Shown: positions 13,225-26,508 of the stretch, in pieces
Position numbering within the stretch: the first letter of the stretch is position 1
Layout of the letters: each line of letters opens with the position of its first letter
Assembly (NCBI GenBank): GCA_001949185.1
Contig: BDGG01000023.1
Location: 124,176-188,000 of the forward strand
Direction: 5' to 3'
DNA length: 63,825 nucleotides
DNA from: Ramazzottius varieornatus
Lineage: Eukaryota; Animalia; Tardigrada
Program-made: the position numbers and the translations under genes
The notes under the pieces: generated by a model
The model's input: only the letters and a program-made list of their open reading frames with translations
What the model was told of the DNA's origin: nothing
Database searches by the model: none

Positions 13225-13894
13225 CTGCGAGTCAGTTAGACGAGAACAGTTCAGCTCGAAGAAGTACCCCGCGATGGGATCCACGGTGAAGGCCTCCGAA
13301 ATTCGAAACGTAACGCATGTTGCTCATCATTGGGGTCACATCTCGCTGTGCCGTAACAAATGGGTTTCGGCGGCCGATTTCCGTAACGATCGATCAGTGG
13401 GCAATTTGTTCAGGAAAAGAGTTTAAACTTTCGGGACCCCAAGGGCGAAGTTGGACTACTGATGCAGTCAGGTGTAACAGACATGGAGGAAAACGATGCT
13501 CGAGTTCATTCGGGCTTCTGACCAGTGGTCAAGCGGCTACGTCAGAAAAGTCTGAAAGGGCTCGAAATGTTGAGTGAAAATCTTTTGACGTCACGATGTC
13601 ATCATACAGCGTGAGAATGCGACCGCATCTATTCGGACGCAAAATCCCTCAAATGGGGGTATTTCTGCTGGTGATCCCCCCAGAATATTCGGGAAATCTT
13701 CCCAAAAGGGCGAACAGTTTTTGAGACCTCGACCCACGGCGAGGTGCGGCAAACTGACTACGCAATGACCCAGGATGTTTGCAACAAGTTAAGGTTAGAA
13801 AAGGGTTGTTCGGAAGCAAAAAAGATCGTTAAGGAATTCGACCGCCGAAACCATTTGGGGACATTCACGTTGCCCACTTGTTTGGACATAATGA

Positions 13895-14325
13895 GGTCCT
13901 TCAAAGGCTAAACTGGCTCGGTGGTGTAATTACACCAGCTACTTTGGTGGATACACCCTGAGAAATTTTCTGACCAGTCAGAAAAGCGGTATAACGGCTC
14001 ACTTTGAAAGCCCCGTACAGCGTCTAAAAACAATCGCAGGATTAAGGCGTCTTTGAAGTCGAAGATATCACTAAACAGCCATCAGAAGGATGGGTAGTGG
14101 AGGACTTCGTTCATCCAAGTAACATATGATAGTTTGGAGGGAAGCACAGCTGACTCCGGATGTGGGTTGAATCTGGTGTAATTACGAGTCGTTCGGGAAC
14201 GATTCGTAATTACCCCGAAAGTGTAATGTCTGGTGGAATGAATAGGCCAATCATAAGGGTGTGGGTGGAGCCAATTACACCAGCGTTGTAATCCCACGAG
14301 CGGTGTAATCAGTCTTTGAAGGCCC
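13895..14325. mobile_element. PIF/Harbinger-like (Tourist-type) MITE
   Basis: Termini GGTCCTTCAAAGGCT / AGTCTTTGAAGGCCC (2 mismatches), flanked by TGA and TTA. Internal repeated TGTAATTACACC-type motifs. Confidence 0.5.
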
Positions 14326-14660
14326 TTAATGAATCAAAACTCATCTGACGACTGGGCTTCCAGGGAAGTTCGCGACTTGAAACAGGAAGGCTCGGGAACA
14401 GCATCGTTGAATCGTTGGACAGCATCGTTGAATCCATTGATACACTCCATCTCATGGGATTTGAGGAGGAGTTAGCACTGGCTACAATTGCTAGCAACGC
14501 CAGCAAAGATGATACCCGCAGCGGAAGATGGCTAACGCCGAACCCTTGGCAGAATGCTCTAATCGACAGATGTTCCTGAAGAAAGCCATTGAGACGGCTA
14601 ATGTACTTTCACTCGCATTCGAATCGCCGAAGAGATTACCGTTTAGCACGCTGAATGTAA

Positions 14661-15785
14661 AATCCTACTGTAAATATTCGCTGCATCCGCGCAGAATGTC
14701 ATCGTACAAGTGAAGTACAGCCCGGTCCGGTTTCACAGATTACGCAACCCCCTACCCCCTCCTTCACGGGGACACATTGTCACGTACGTGTGCATACTCC
14801 TCGGATGCACCAATGCGAAACTTTCCATGCATGAACAAATTCTAGGCTGGAGTATATGCCTAAATCTCTCTAAACTAGCCGGATCACCAGATATAAATAC
14901 AGGCAGGAGGGTATCCCTGGTCGTCGAGCGACTAAATGACCATAAGCGCCACCCGGAGTACCCTCAACCAGTCAGGATGAACATACAGTATGCTGGACAT
15001 TGTCTGGCGTGATACATGCGTAAGCAACCAGAAATATTTTCCGTGTACGTTCAGCATACGAGGAGCACGTTGTGTGCCCTGCCTGGGTTGCCTCAATCTC
15101 AGCGACCGTTGGGGAAGATTACAGTAATTTCTGTTTGTGATTTTTACTTCATCTTTTGCGAGCTTTCGTTGAAATTACTGGACATATTTGTTCTTCATTG
15201 TAATCAAGCTATCTCATNNNNNNNNNNAATCCTACTGTAAATATTCGCTGCATCCGCGCAGAATGTCATCGTACAAGTGAAGTACAGCCCGGTCCGGTTT
15301 CACAGATTACGCAACCCCCTACCCCCTCCTTCACGGGGACACATTGTCACGTACGTGTGCATACTCCTCGGATGCACCAATGCGAAACTTTCCATGCATG
15401 AACAAATTCTAGGCTGGAGTATATGCCTAAATCTCTCTAAACTAGCCGGATCACCAGATATAAATACAGGCAGGAGGGTATCCCTGGTCGTCGAGCGACT
15501 AAATGACCATAAGCGCCACCCGGAGTACCCTCAACCAGTCAGGATGAACATACAGTATGCTGGACATTGTCTGGCGTGATACATGCGTAAGCAACCAGAA
15601 ATATTTTCCGTGTACGTTCAGCATACGAGGAGCACGTTGTGTGCCCTGCCTGGGTTGCCTCAATCTCAGCGACCGTTGGGGAAGATTACAGTAATTTCTG
15701 TTTGTGATTTTTACTTCATCTTTTGCGAGCTTTCGTTGAAATTACTGGACATATTTGTTCTTCATTTGTAATCAAGCTATCTCAT
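14661..15785. repeat. 557-bp near-perfect direct duplication flanking the 10-N gap (likely assembly overlap)
   Basis: 14661-15217 matches 15228-15785 apart from one extra T. Ns at 15218-15227. Confidence 0.9.
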
Positions 15786-17387
15786 GTGATGGACTGAGCT
15801 TCTTTGGAGGCGAAAGATCCTGGATAAAGACGTTACTTCGGTGAGCTAGCCAGCTCGTGGCCGTGCGCTGCTGATGTCCCTTGCTACTGTTGGCATATCT
15901 TGTCTGTGGGAAGTGACTTGACCGTGAATTTCATCTTTGTGGGTTGCTCGCTACGTTCCTGAAGTCAGTTGCTGTTGTCCGTGATGGAAATCTGTTGTTT
16001 TTTCAGAGTTTTTGTCGCCTTGTCTGTATGCCATCATCTCCTCGCTTGTTCAGGCTGGTCGGAGCGTCAAGATAGTGTTCATCTGAGTTTTTCTCCTGGT
16101 TCGTGTTATTTGCGAGCGTGGTAAATTCTGCTTGCTGTGGATCGAACATTCCCTTACTGTTTCAAGTCTTTCGGCGATGCTACTGAAATTTGCTGCCCTT
16201 TCCAACGTTTACTGCATCTTTCCAACGTGTGGAAGAATCGTTTTCGACGAGTTGATTTTCTCCCCTCGTCGCGTACCAAAACAATAAATCCTGACACTGA
16301 ATCACCCTCTAGACGCTTAGGCTGAGTAACCCTAAAGAGCTTCTGGCTGTATGACCCGGTATGCCGCTCCTGGGTAACACAAGACAATTTATGGTCGTCT
16401 ATGCATGGACACTAAACTGATTCATGGACCCGTCCGGCGAACGTTCAATGCTATACGTTTGCCGACCCAAGATGGAATCTAGGATAGACATCCAGCCTGA
16501 ATTTATGCATAAATCTATGGTCCGTTTTCGCATTGGGTAAGCTTCGGCGCGGACTTTCAGCTGTTTATACGAATGGACAGTTAAAGGTTTGCCACTTCCT
16601 GCCTGATATCACGGGAGACCAGGCGAAGCGGGAACCTATATCAGCCTGGCCGAAGCAGGGACTCTCCACCTGGTATTCGCCTACCTGTCTGCCATTCCGG
16701 AAATCCAGTCCATCTCGACAAAGTCAACAGCGTCCGTCAAATGCTAGCGAACGGAAAACTATCCTTTGGACTGATTCCTAGTTTCGTTGACTTTTACCGT
16801 ATGACCCGAAAAGTATCCCCTCTTCTCTAGACTTTACTGTGTCCATCGGCGGGAATACCGACAACCTCCACGAGTTTCTTTTCTAAGCGTACTTGCTGCC
16901 TGATCAAAAAGATCGTAGAGCTGATGACATCTTCGTCCAAGCTATAGCTAGTCTCGAAAAGAGCCTGCTGCATACGACCAGATCAGGCCTGACACTCTTC
17001 GCTATGCTAAACACGGGTGGACAGTTGGAGCACCTGGGATGCTTCATCGGATGCCTCTACTTTATGCCTCATACGCTGAGTCCCATACTTATCTGTCCAC
17101 CCATATCTTCGTTTCAAAACTTCATAACTTATTTCGCACTAACCCGATTCCGATATTTCGAACGTCTTTATAGAGATGAGTGTTTGATCTTTACGACCAC
17201 GTAACTTTGGTGTGAATCAATCAGCAAATCAACAGGCAATATCATTCCTACGAACACCTAAAACTGCCTTCTTTTCGGCTCCGAGCTGCGGGTGCTAGCC
17301 AGCAGATAGCACATCATGCTTGTTAGTATGATGTAGCCCCAACATTAAGCTTTCAAGTAAGCCCATGTGAGAAACTTTGAAACTCTG

Positions 17388-17698
17388 CGGTCGTAAACTT
17401 AGCCGCTTCATACCGAGTTTGTAAAGTTAGCCACGGCTGTAGCGTCTATCGCTTGATTGACCATTTGATTGTCAATCTTCGCTTTTCAACATGGGATTCA
17501 ACGTTTTTTTTTAATTGCGGATCTCTTGAATTCTCCGAATCTTCACGTTGACTGTACCTAAGGTTGTTCGATAGCCCATTATTTTATCTATCGATCTATC
17601 GATAAATGTTTGGGAGTAAGTAGGAGAGAACAGGCGAACTTGGACGGCTAACTTTACAAACCCGGTATAGGGTGGCTAACTTTACAACCTTTCCCTCG
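17388..17698. mobile_element. Mariner-like MITE, left end eroded (same family as 50449-50766)
   Basis: Collinear with 50449-50766 over ~310 bp; ends TTTACAACCTTTCCCTCG-TA. Confidence 0.8.
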
Positions 17699-18335
17699 TA
17701 CCTATTTGACTCATCGTAACAAACGCAGCCCCTTCCTGTCATCCAAGCCTATCTTGCCTGGAATGGCGATCCCTATCGACCGACAGTTTAGTCCACAGGA
17801 GACTTCCTAAACTTCCCAATGTCGATTGGAGTACACTTACACTTTGGCAGATACCGATGCTCACATATGCCATTGTATTTGATAAAATTATTGTTCACGA
17901 TAATTGTGTTTAATGGTCAGGTGATGGACTAGTTCCCATAGTAATTCTCGATCGCAGACGGACTTCGATGTGCCGAAGAATTCCCTGTGTCGCTTTATCG
18001 CTTTGTGAAACGTCTTGACCACCATCCCACCCTGCACGCTAATTAGCCGCGAAAGTTCAATAAAGGGGGCCTCTGAGCTTGCTAACGGGACCGGCGCAGC
18101 TCAGAGTTTCTCCACCAACTTTACGACAGCTGCGTCGACGACGCCCATCGATGCGATCAGATGGCCCCACAGGCCAAACTTTGCCTCGTGTTCGTTTTGC
18201 TTCCATCATGTTAGAACGTATTTCGAGAATTATGTCTTAAAATGATCATAATCAATCCTGTACAGCTCGAATGACATTTAGAAAAATCCTTTGAGCAAAG
18301 CCGAAACCCGAAAAACGCGGACGGAGGTTCGTCGG

Positions 18336-19178
18336 TCACAGCTGACCATGTGGCCCGCTATCGACCAGCATACGATGAGTTATGGAACTTTCTTGCGTGG
18401 GCGCCGGCTCATATTTTCTCCGGTTCGACACAGCTGCGCCCACGTGCTTGACGTTCGCGTAGTGTAATGCGGCGGAAGACAGTAGGACAAGAATTAAAAT
18501 AAACTCCGACAACAACGCCATACTTTTGATGTTGTAAATAACGTTACGGTCGTGCTTCAAAACATCCTCCCCGTACATTGTCTCTTTAGATCCAAACAAC
18601 GCTGCGACTTTCGGCTGATCTGAAGCCACAAATATTTCCGTAGTTGACTGTAGTACGTTGACCACGAACTCCTTAATGCTGGTAGAGTTTGTGTTAACGC
18701 CCACCGAAATGAGTGAAGGGTCGCTGGTCGAGGCTGCGTCTTCGTCAGTGGCCCAGTAACCGAGAACGGCAGTGACAAAAAGGCTGAAGGAGATGATCAT
18801 GAGTATAGCGGAGAGAACTGAAAGAACGACCGCAAGGACTGAGTTACGATAAAATTGCCGAGGACCATCGGTGGCGTGTCGTATGGTGTAGACGGTTAGA
18901 ACGCCGGTAGCGAAAGCCAAAACCGGAGCAATGCACGTGTAGACTTGGGCAGGATCGGTGGCCGAAAGATTGATCAGCGGTCTCAGAAAGCATACTGGTA
19001 AAAAGGAAAAGATGTGATGCATTTTTGAACCTACTGTGTTGGACAATAGGAAATGTTTGCTTTTCTTACTGGAGATTTCAGCAGACAGAACTGTAAGGCT
19101 GAGTAAGATCATAATCCATCCAACATAGTTCAGTACTTGGCGGTATTTTACAACCCAGAATCCGTACTCTGCCGGCAT
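18336..19178 (-). CDS. Four-transmembrane protein with MS4A/CD20-like topology
   Basis: 280-aa ORF with four hydrophobic segments and a large loop (NxS/T site) between TM3 and TM4. Probable 75-bp frame-preserving intron 19069-18995 (GTAAG...TTTTACCAG). Confidence 0.7.
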   Translation of the reverse strand: MPAEYGFWVVKYRQVLNYVGWIMILLSLTVLSAEISSKKSKHFLLSNTVGSKMHHIFSFLPVCFLRPLINLSATDPAQVYTCIAPVLAFATGVLTVYTIRHATDGPRQFYRNSVLAVVLSVLSAILMIISFSLFVTAVLGYWATDEDAASTSDPSLISVGVNTNSTSIKEFVVNVLQSTTEIFVASDQPKVAALFGSKETMYGEDVLKHDRNVIYNIKSMALLSEFILILVLLSSAALHYANVKHVGAAVSNRRKYEPAPTQESSITHRMLVDSGPHGQL

Positions 19179-20649
19179 CTTGCTCTTCTTGTTGCGAAGT
19201 TATCCTGGATAACGATCACCACTTTGCCCTAGGCCATGTTGTCAGAAACAAATAACCGCTGTGTCGATTATGAAGACCGCGCAGGAAAACGGTGGTTTCG
19301 CCGTTCAATCATAGGTCCTGTACATGATGGGGAAAACAGTTCTAGAAACCACGCATCCGAGTCCAGCTCCGAACCCAGACCTTCGCAAGTGGTTTGAAAT
19401 GCAAGGAGAAACAGCGAGACATGGATCGAAGTTTTGATGTTATGCGCAGACATCATAACAAAGTTGTCTTATTCATTGCCTTGCAGCGGAACAAGCTTCT
19501 TGTCGGGTGTCGACGCATAGCGTGCCGGTACACAGAGTGCACTTTCAGTCCGCGATCGCTATCTCGATTCTTCAGCCAATGCGACTTCCTGTTTGCCCAG
19601 ATATAGTATCTATTTGCGTCTAGCTCGCAAAGTCGTTACGTGTATTACGAAGGTCCGCTTCGCAACACCGAGGCGATCTCCGATTCATGCAAGCTGCATG
19701 CATATTCGCAGAGTACGGTCGCCCAACTACAGATGGCACCAGCAGCTTCGGAGTCCGTGATAAATTTAACCACAACGCTTTCCTCTAGCGGTCAAGCCAC
19801 TTGTTAACTTGCGTGGGCTTCTGGTGTACGTACACGAAAGTGATTTTGCCGGAATGGAGGCACTCGTAATTCGGATCCGAAGCAAGTCCGAATGTCGCCT
19901 TTCTTGAGCAGGGAACAGTACAAAAAGGGTGGGGTGGGCAGGTGGAGCACGAGAAACAAAACGAATGAAATGAAGCTTACCCATAGGCGTGAAACATGAT
20001 CGAGAAGAATGTAGGCTACGTCGTATAGTGAGGATGAAGGCACACATGCACTGATGAGGAGCCCCGTAACGAGTACGAAAAGCCAATGATGCATAACGAG
20101 ATGAAAGCAGCGTGAACAGTGTAAAGCCTGGGTGAAGGAAATGAAGGTGTGGCGCATGAGAAGTCGGCCCACATTAACCACAATGAATCTCGATTCGGTT
20201 TTCAATTTGGTGTACTTCCAGAGTCGGAATCTCGAATTTATTCCACAGCCAAGCATGACGGAACCTACTCGTAAAGTAACGTAGTCTAAAAGAGGTTATA
20301 TAGTGATAACAGCTCCCCGGGCATCGAAAGTACGCATTTTCGGTAGGTAATTGGAGTTTTCACAGTCAAGTTTACTTTCGGGTTAATGTCCAGATGATTA
20401 CAGGTTGCATTTTCATGCTCCTTCAACCATAAACTGGAAATCCCAGTGTAATCTTCGCAACTAATCCCCTATTGTTTCGGGTTTGACCATTAGTCGAAGA
20501 AGTTTCATAAGGGGATATTCAAACTCTGCTCTGCAATTGAATGTCACAACCGACACATCCCGTATGCCTACAGCACATTGTGCCTAGCTCCGACGAAAAG
20601 CGCGTTAATTTTGCTCTTTGCTATTCCAGTGATCGTAAATCTGTCGAAC

Positions 20650-22670
20650 ATGGCAAACTACTCCTCTCTCATGTTCCCTGTCTTCTCCAGTAACTTTTCC
20701 GGATTCAACGGTACGAAGCTAAGCCTGTACGCCCACGACGTAGTGTTCGCCTACTGGCTCATCTCAGTATGCGGCCTTATCGGCTTGCTAGCCAGTGGGC
20801 TACTGCTGACCGTCGTTATCCGTCAAATCACCACCCGCAATTCCGGAAGCCAAATTCTTGTAGCCAACCTGGTGTTAACTTACGTTTTGACCAGCATCTT
20901 TATGGCTCTTGAGATATACCAGCTGGCGGGGGACACTCTGGCTGCGCCAACTCTACCGATCTGTCGCGGCTTCTTGTTTTCCTGCTACGTGTTCTACGCT
21001 GCTGGTACGTATTACAAATTATCAACGTGGTACGAAAAGGTTGCGCAGAATTCTTGATCTTGGTTTCATCACCCAGCCGTCTGATACAATAAAGAAAGTG
21101 CTTGCCTTCTCGCAGTGGCGGCTGTGTTTCTCATGCGCTGGATGTGCAATTTTTGAGCAAACTTTTTGACGTCGGCAGTTAAAATTTTGAGGGCAACCCT
21201 GAGGGCTACTTCAAGTTTCCCACCAGAAAAAGAGTTATTCATGAGGGGTTATTGAGTTATTGGGGTTTTTTTTTGATTCATCAGGGCGGAAACGGAAACA
21301 GCCCTGGTTGATCCCCTAAAGCTCATGTTTGTGACGACAAAAAAGATGCACCAAGATTGCACATCCAGCGCATGAATAGCGTAGCCGCCACTGCCTTCTC
21401 GTAGTCAAGTTTGATTTGCATTAGTGGACACGTTACTGCAGCTGTGGTAGGCTGGCGCATACACGCTAAAGCAATCGAACTCGATCTCGAGAAGGCAAGC
21501 ACTTTCTTCTTCATTGTACAGCCACAGTAACTTGGTACTTCTGCACTGTGGTACAGCATATGATACTAGCCTGGTCGGCTTCTGGTCATTTTCAGATAAA
21601 CGCACAGGTGGGAAACCGTTTGTGGACGACACCGAGTATCAGTATCGAACAAACTCGGTTAGATTAATTTTTGTGCCGATCGCCATGCTGAAAATCCATA
21701 CGATTTTTGTTTCGTATCAAATGGTGAACTTTTTCTGAGTTGTACTTATTTTTCGACCATCTGACCACGGCCATACTGCCATCTGTTAAGACCCCCTCGA
21801 CTTTTTCGACGGGAAGACGTGCGGGTTTCTATTTTTTCAGTGAGTGCTACAGTATACGTGTTTTCTTTTGCCATGGCAGGTATGTGGACGGATGTCTGCC
21901 TGGGCATCAACCGTGTAGTCGCCATATTCCGTCCTCACCAATACGCACGCATCGCCCGTAACTCTTTGAACTACTTCCTGTCCGTCATGTGCTGGGTCAT
22001 CAGCATAGGTCTCGTAGTGCCAATAGCTTTCAATGTTGGAGGGAACGTCCGCATGTCACCATACACGAGGCAGTGCGAGATGGACGTGCGAGGTATTACG
22101 GTGTACGTCCTTTTTTGCCTCTTCACAGTCCTACCATACAGTCTGGTCAGTACGGCCTCGACCGCGGTGATCATCAAGTCGATCATGGTTTTCCGAAGCC
22201 GAAACACGCGCGTTGGCAATCAAGCTGCGGCCCATGAGTTCCAGATGTTCCGAAGACGTCTGCATGTGGCCAAGATGTTACTGACCTCCTTTATCTGGGC
22301 GTCGACCTGTCAGCTGCCAAGTTTCCTAGCTTACATGTTCTTCAAACAATGGATGTTGGAAACGCCGACGGCCATCACTTGGTTTAATGTACTACTCGCC
22401 TTCGAGTTCGTGGGTAACCCGGTACGTGAATATTGCGGACTGTGTTTTTTCACAAAAGGTGCAGCATGTTTTTTTCTTCCTTAGCTCATCTTCTTCGCAA
22501 TGAGTCAGGATTACCGAAGGGACGCTCGACGCTTGTTGGTGGGATTACTGCCGAACAATGTGAAGAGATTAATCAAGGCCTCATCAGTTAATGCTAGCTC
22601 CTCGGCACCAGTAAACTTCCCAACGAACCACCCTCACCTTACCAACATATCGAACCGGGAAAAATTGTGA
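20650..22670 (+). CDS. Class A (rhodopsin-like) orphan GPCR with NR motif, three exons
   Basis: Exons ~20650-21004, ~21880-22421 and 22485-22670. TM2 ILVANL, TM3 WTDVCLGINRVVAIFRPH, TM6 RRLHVAKML...CQLP, TM7 GNP|LIFFAMSQDYR. N-terminal glycosylation sites. Confidence 0.9.
21113..21393. mobile_element. hAT-type MITE (281 bp) in GPCR intron 1
   Basis: ~60-bp imperfect TIR starting CAGTGGCGGCT. Perfect 8-bp TSD CCTTCTCG at 21105-21112 and 21394-21401. Confidence 0.9.
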
Positions 22671-23970
22671 CTCTAAAACTACACGCGGTTTCAACAGCCT
22701 TAGCCCGAGATAACAAATTACTAACCAAGTTCTCATAACGCCTATATCAGGAAGGATCCAGTGCGACGCGTCAGAATGCAGTTGCGATGCACCAAGCGAG
22801 TCTCGCGAGCAATAAAGAACGAAAAACAGCGGTAACAAGCTACTTGACACCTGCAGCACCATGGGAGCGAAATGATCCCAAAAGCACCGTCACTGCGCTG
22901 TTGCGAGCTTCGCATTCAGTCGATCAGCGTGCTTTTTTTGCTTTGCCTGGGCAAAATCTTCCTCTATCAGATGAAGATGGATAGCCAGTGCCCAGTTGTA
23001 GCGACGGCTCCAGCAAATCGAAGTTTCGGCGGTGGTAGATAGGGTCTCCACGGCTTTATGAATTTAGATGATTTTTGTCGCTTCATGGATTACTTTCAAA
23101 AAACAGGCAAATGTTGAGAGTTACCTCCTGTCTCGTATGCCATTGTCAGATTCGGTGGGAACTTTTTCTATACTCAACAGAAAAAATCAAAGTGGCCGAA
23201 AATTTCGAAGTGCCGCCGAAGGGCGTTCCCTCTGCCACTAGGCTGACTATCACCGCAGACACCATCAGGTTTCGTCGACTAGTGTTCATATATTTATTTC
23301 GTGAATTTCGGCTGTCATTTTTCGCTCCCATGTTATCTTGAGTTTCACGTTCTCTCTTTCCATCTTGCTCCCTCGTTTTATCCTTAATATATATGTACAT
23401 ATATACTCACGTATTTTGTCGTCATGTCTCACCTCCAGGAACTTCAGACGCTTTCGCAAAGGAAGGGTAAGAACTGCCAGGAGTCTGGATTCACAAGCTG
23501 TGGTAACAAGTTGATCTCAGAATAACCCTTGCTTTTTGTAGGCTTTCTCTCCCAGCTTCGATAGTGGACTTTATTCACGCAGCCGCACATGGAAAAGAAG
23601 GGGCAGCCACTCGTTTCGCTGTGTACGAGAAGATCAGCATCCAGATCCTTGTGAGTTGAAAACCACAGAGCTGTATTTCACAATGCTCGGAATCTTACTG
23701 GTTTTCAGATCGTGTTCTTTCTAGTACGTTGAAAGCGTCATTCACGCCCCATCCCGTCCAAAACCTGTGCTGGTTTATCCTCCTGCTTTACTGCAGTACA
23801 TTCGATATCCCTGTCTATGAATTGCACCACAAGTCCATTACAACTGTAACTTGCTCTGAGTGTAAGAAGAATAGCTTCACGTCGTGTTAGTAAACTTGGG
23901 GAGGTTGTTTCTTCTTCAGTTCTGTGTTTCCCCGATGAAGTGGTGGATTAAATGATTACTACACATGGTG

Positions 23971-26508
23971 TCATACGTCGGCTAGAATGGGGACATTGCT
24001 ATTGGTCAAGGGGCGGTGGCGCTCGTTTTCAAACCAGCCAAAAACTCTGGGATCGTTTCGCACCCCATGGTTCAATTTTGACATAAAACACGTGGTGCTG
24101 CAGGTGTTAATGGTCCCGTAGTCATTTTTCGTTTGACCAAGTGTGCCTACTGACAGCGATGTGGTTATTTGCCGGTAGTAACTTGGGCGTTCTGAGGATC
24201 GGTCACGAACAGGTTCGCCGGAACTCGTCAAGGGACTCGTTTCGTATGCGACGACTTCCGTGTCTTTTTCGGGCTTGATCCACGAAGGAAACATACGATG
24301 TGCGAGACCGCGTGACCGATTCCAGTTTATTAACAGCATTAAAGCGGAAATGGCCGTGAACGCAAACATGAGTCCCGCTGCGATTTGCGCGATCTTGATG
24401 AAACCATATTGGAAGTACACGCTGCTACCAATAACGGCACCGATCGCGTCCCTGAAAACAAATTACAAGATAATCGCCGGTTTCTCAGAAGCCTTGGCCA
24501 CGTAACTGGTACATACCCGATGTAGATTGTCGTGAAAAATGTGGCAAGAATCAAAGCATACGTAGCGACGTTTTCTTCTAGTCCACATGTTCTACAACAG
24601 GTACAGTGGACAAAAATCAGAGTAAGACCGGTAACATAGTATGGTGGTGTAACTTACAGTGCTCGTTTCAGCGAGATGTCGAACACGAGAACGCATCCGA
24701 AGGCGATAAAGACATTCATGACGAAAAGTAAGACGGTATCCAACCAAAGAAGCCTGTAAATAGCAGCGCTGGTTCGTAACGTTGGGAGTTTCGAAATGAT
24801 GAACCAGCTGATATTTTTGGGAGGACATCAAACCTAGGGGGAATGAAACTAAAAGCAGGAATTGGACCCAGGAGCATCCATATGACTGCCACGCCTAATG
24901 GAACGAGCACGATCCAACGGTAGTCGACGTGAAACCGTCTGAAGGCCCAGCCGAATATGGGAGCCGTTCCCGCGTACGCCAAGAAGGCTATGGCAAAAAT
25001 TAGCCCTTCCACTTGGGCCCCTTGGTCAAACTACAGCAGATCAAGAAACTCAGTGATCTGAAATTTGGCGTTAAATGAGCTGGAGCATACCGAAGCTAAA
25101 TACGGCTCAAGTGATGTGCCGAATATTCCCCAGTTCATCCCAGTGGCGAAATTGACAAAACCAACGCCCAAAAATATTCGGTCAGTCAGTACGTGCTTCG
25201 TCTCACGAGGCTTGGGTCGCAAGTTGACGCCTTGAAACAAGACAAACGTCGAGCAGTACACCCCGCACCAGGAGATGGAAGTCTTTGATAAGAGTAATTA
25301 TAATTACCTGTGATTTGTTGAAGGAAGAAATACCCTAGGAGACCGGTCATCAATAGCGACAGACCGATAAAAATGCAAGCAGCACTAAATCCTCCAGCCT
25401 ACAACGTGGGGCAAATACTTGTTAGAAAAAGCCGTGGGAAACTGGATCCTGATAACAGAAGATCAGACACCGAGTGCCCGATTACTCACCGCGTAGAGTG
25501 CGCCGCTTAGAACGGGCCCCAGGGTATATCCGATACCGACAAAGCATTCCAGAATACCCTGTAAGAATCACCGTGTAGAAAATCCTAACCCGAGTCGCAA
25601 TACGAAACTGCACTGAATGCCTTACAAATGCGATGGTCGCGTGTTCGGAAAACGCTAAACAGACGATGACGTTCGAGGAAGTAGATAAAGCTAAAAGCAA
25701 AAGACGGTAAGGAACTTCGATCAAACAATAAAATTCCACAATTCTACATTCTATTAATATTAATAATACATGCTTTTTTTTCTTTTTTTTATTACATGCT
25801 TTTTTTTATACATGCTTACTTACTGGCATACGCAAATCCCTCGACAAACCGAATAATTGTTGCCGGTGCGACGAAGGCAGCGACCATCTCGGTAATATTC
25901 AGAACTCTACACATCGCGATAACACACATGATCATACAGTACTTGTCGGTATTAAGCTTTGAGGTTCCCGGATACTTACGCGAGCGCTAAATAGCAAGCT
26001 CCTCCAGTGAAGGAAGAGACGCAGAACGTTGTTCGGGTCCCCAAGAAAGGAATCTTCAACATAAAACCATTACCTGGCTAGCCGTTCTGCCCCGGATTCC
26101 TTGGAACGGAGCGCTGAGCCACGTAACTGTACCTACAATCTTCGCTTGAAAGGGTTCAAATATAACGTTGGATATCGAGAACAGGCCAAAGATCAGACCG
26201 CTGTACGCGTAAGGGATGCCTTTGGCTACAATCTAGAAAGGCACGCCGCATTTGTTACTGAATGGCGCATCCAAAAATCTTGTTCGTAACGCTAGTGGTT
26301 GTCTCACCGTAGGAGGCAGGATGAGCGGGATGCTAGCGTTAGCGATGTTAATAAACATGGTAGAACAGCACCCGGCTATCAGAGTGAGGATCTGAGATCG
26401 CGTAAACCGAGAGCGAGATCGACCTGGATGATCGGTTTCGGTGGGCATCGTTCCGGCTTTGACGGCTTTGACGGCTTTGACAGTGTCGGTGTCCAGAATA
26501 CTTTGCAT
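23971..26508 (-). CDS. SLC18B1: MFS transporter, SLC18B1-like, multi-exon
   Basis: Exons IPLILPPT|IVAKGIPYAYSGLIFGLF, IIRFVEGFAYA, GIGYTLGPVLSGALYA|AGGF, FGTSLEPYLAS, VEGLIFAIAF...APIFGW, MLLGPIPAF, IGAVIGSSVYFQYGF. Layout resembles SLC18B1/vesicular amine-type MFS. Confidence 0.8.

Larger units (their letters stand above)
13497..17070 (+). pseudogene. Class I alpha-1,2-mannosidase (GH47) pseudogene
   Basis: Fragments LGNSIVES(LDSIVES)IDTLHLMGFEEE (~14395-14470), FLKKAIETANVLSLAFESPKRLPFSTLNVKS (~14570-14665) and SIGGNTDNLHEFLF*AYLL...LLHTTRSGLTLF...LEHLGCFIG (~16840-17055) match GH47 motifs. In-frame stops, a 21-bp internal duplication and insertions are present. The 5' boundary is tentative. 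Confidence 0.8.

Noticed and set aside
14710-15771. Identical 100-aa and 62/74-aa ORF pairs suggesting duplicated genes
   Set aside because: They arise from the gap-flanking duplication and have no recognisable protein features.
15850-16390. Possible decayed coding or retroelement sequence on the minus strand
   Set aside because: Multiple stops in all frames and no RT, integrase or gag motif recognised.
26455-26481. GGCTTTGAC x3 and other short tandem duplications (~9527, ~33785, ~42546)
   Set aside because: Simple slippage duplications without unique spacers; not CRISPR or satellite arrays.
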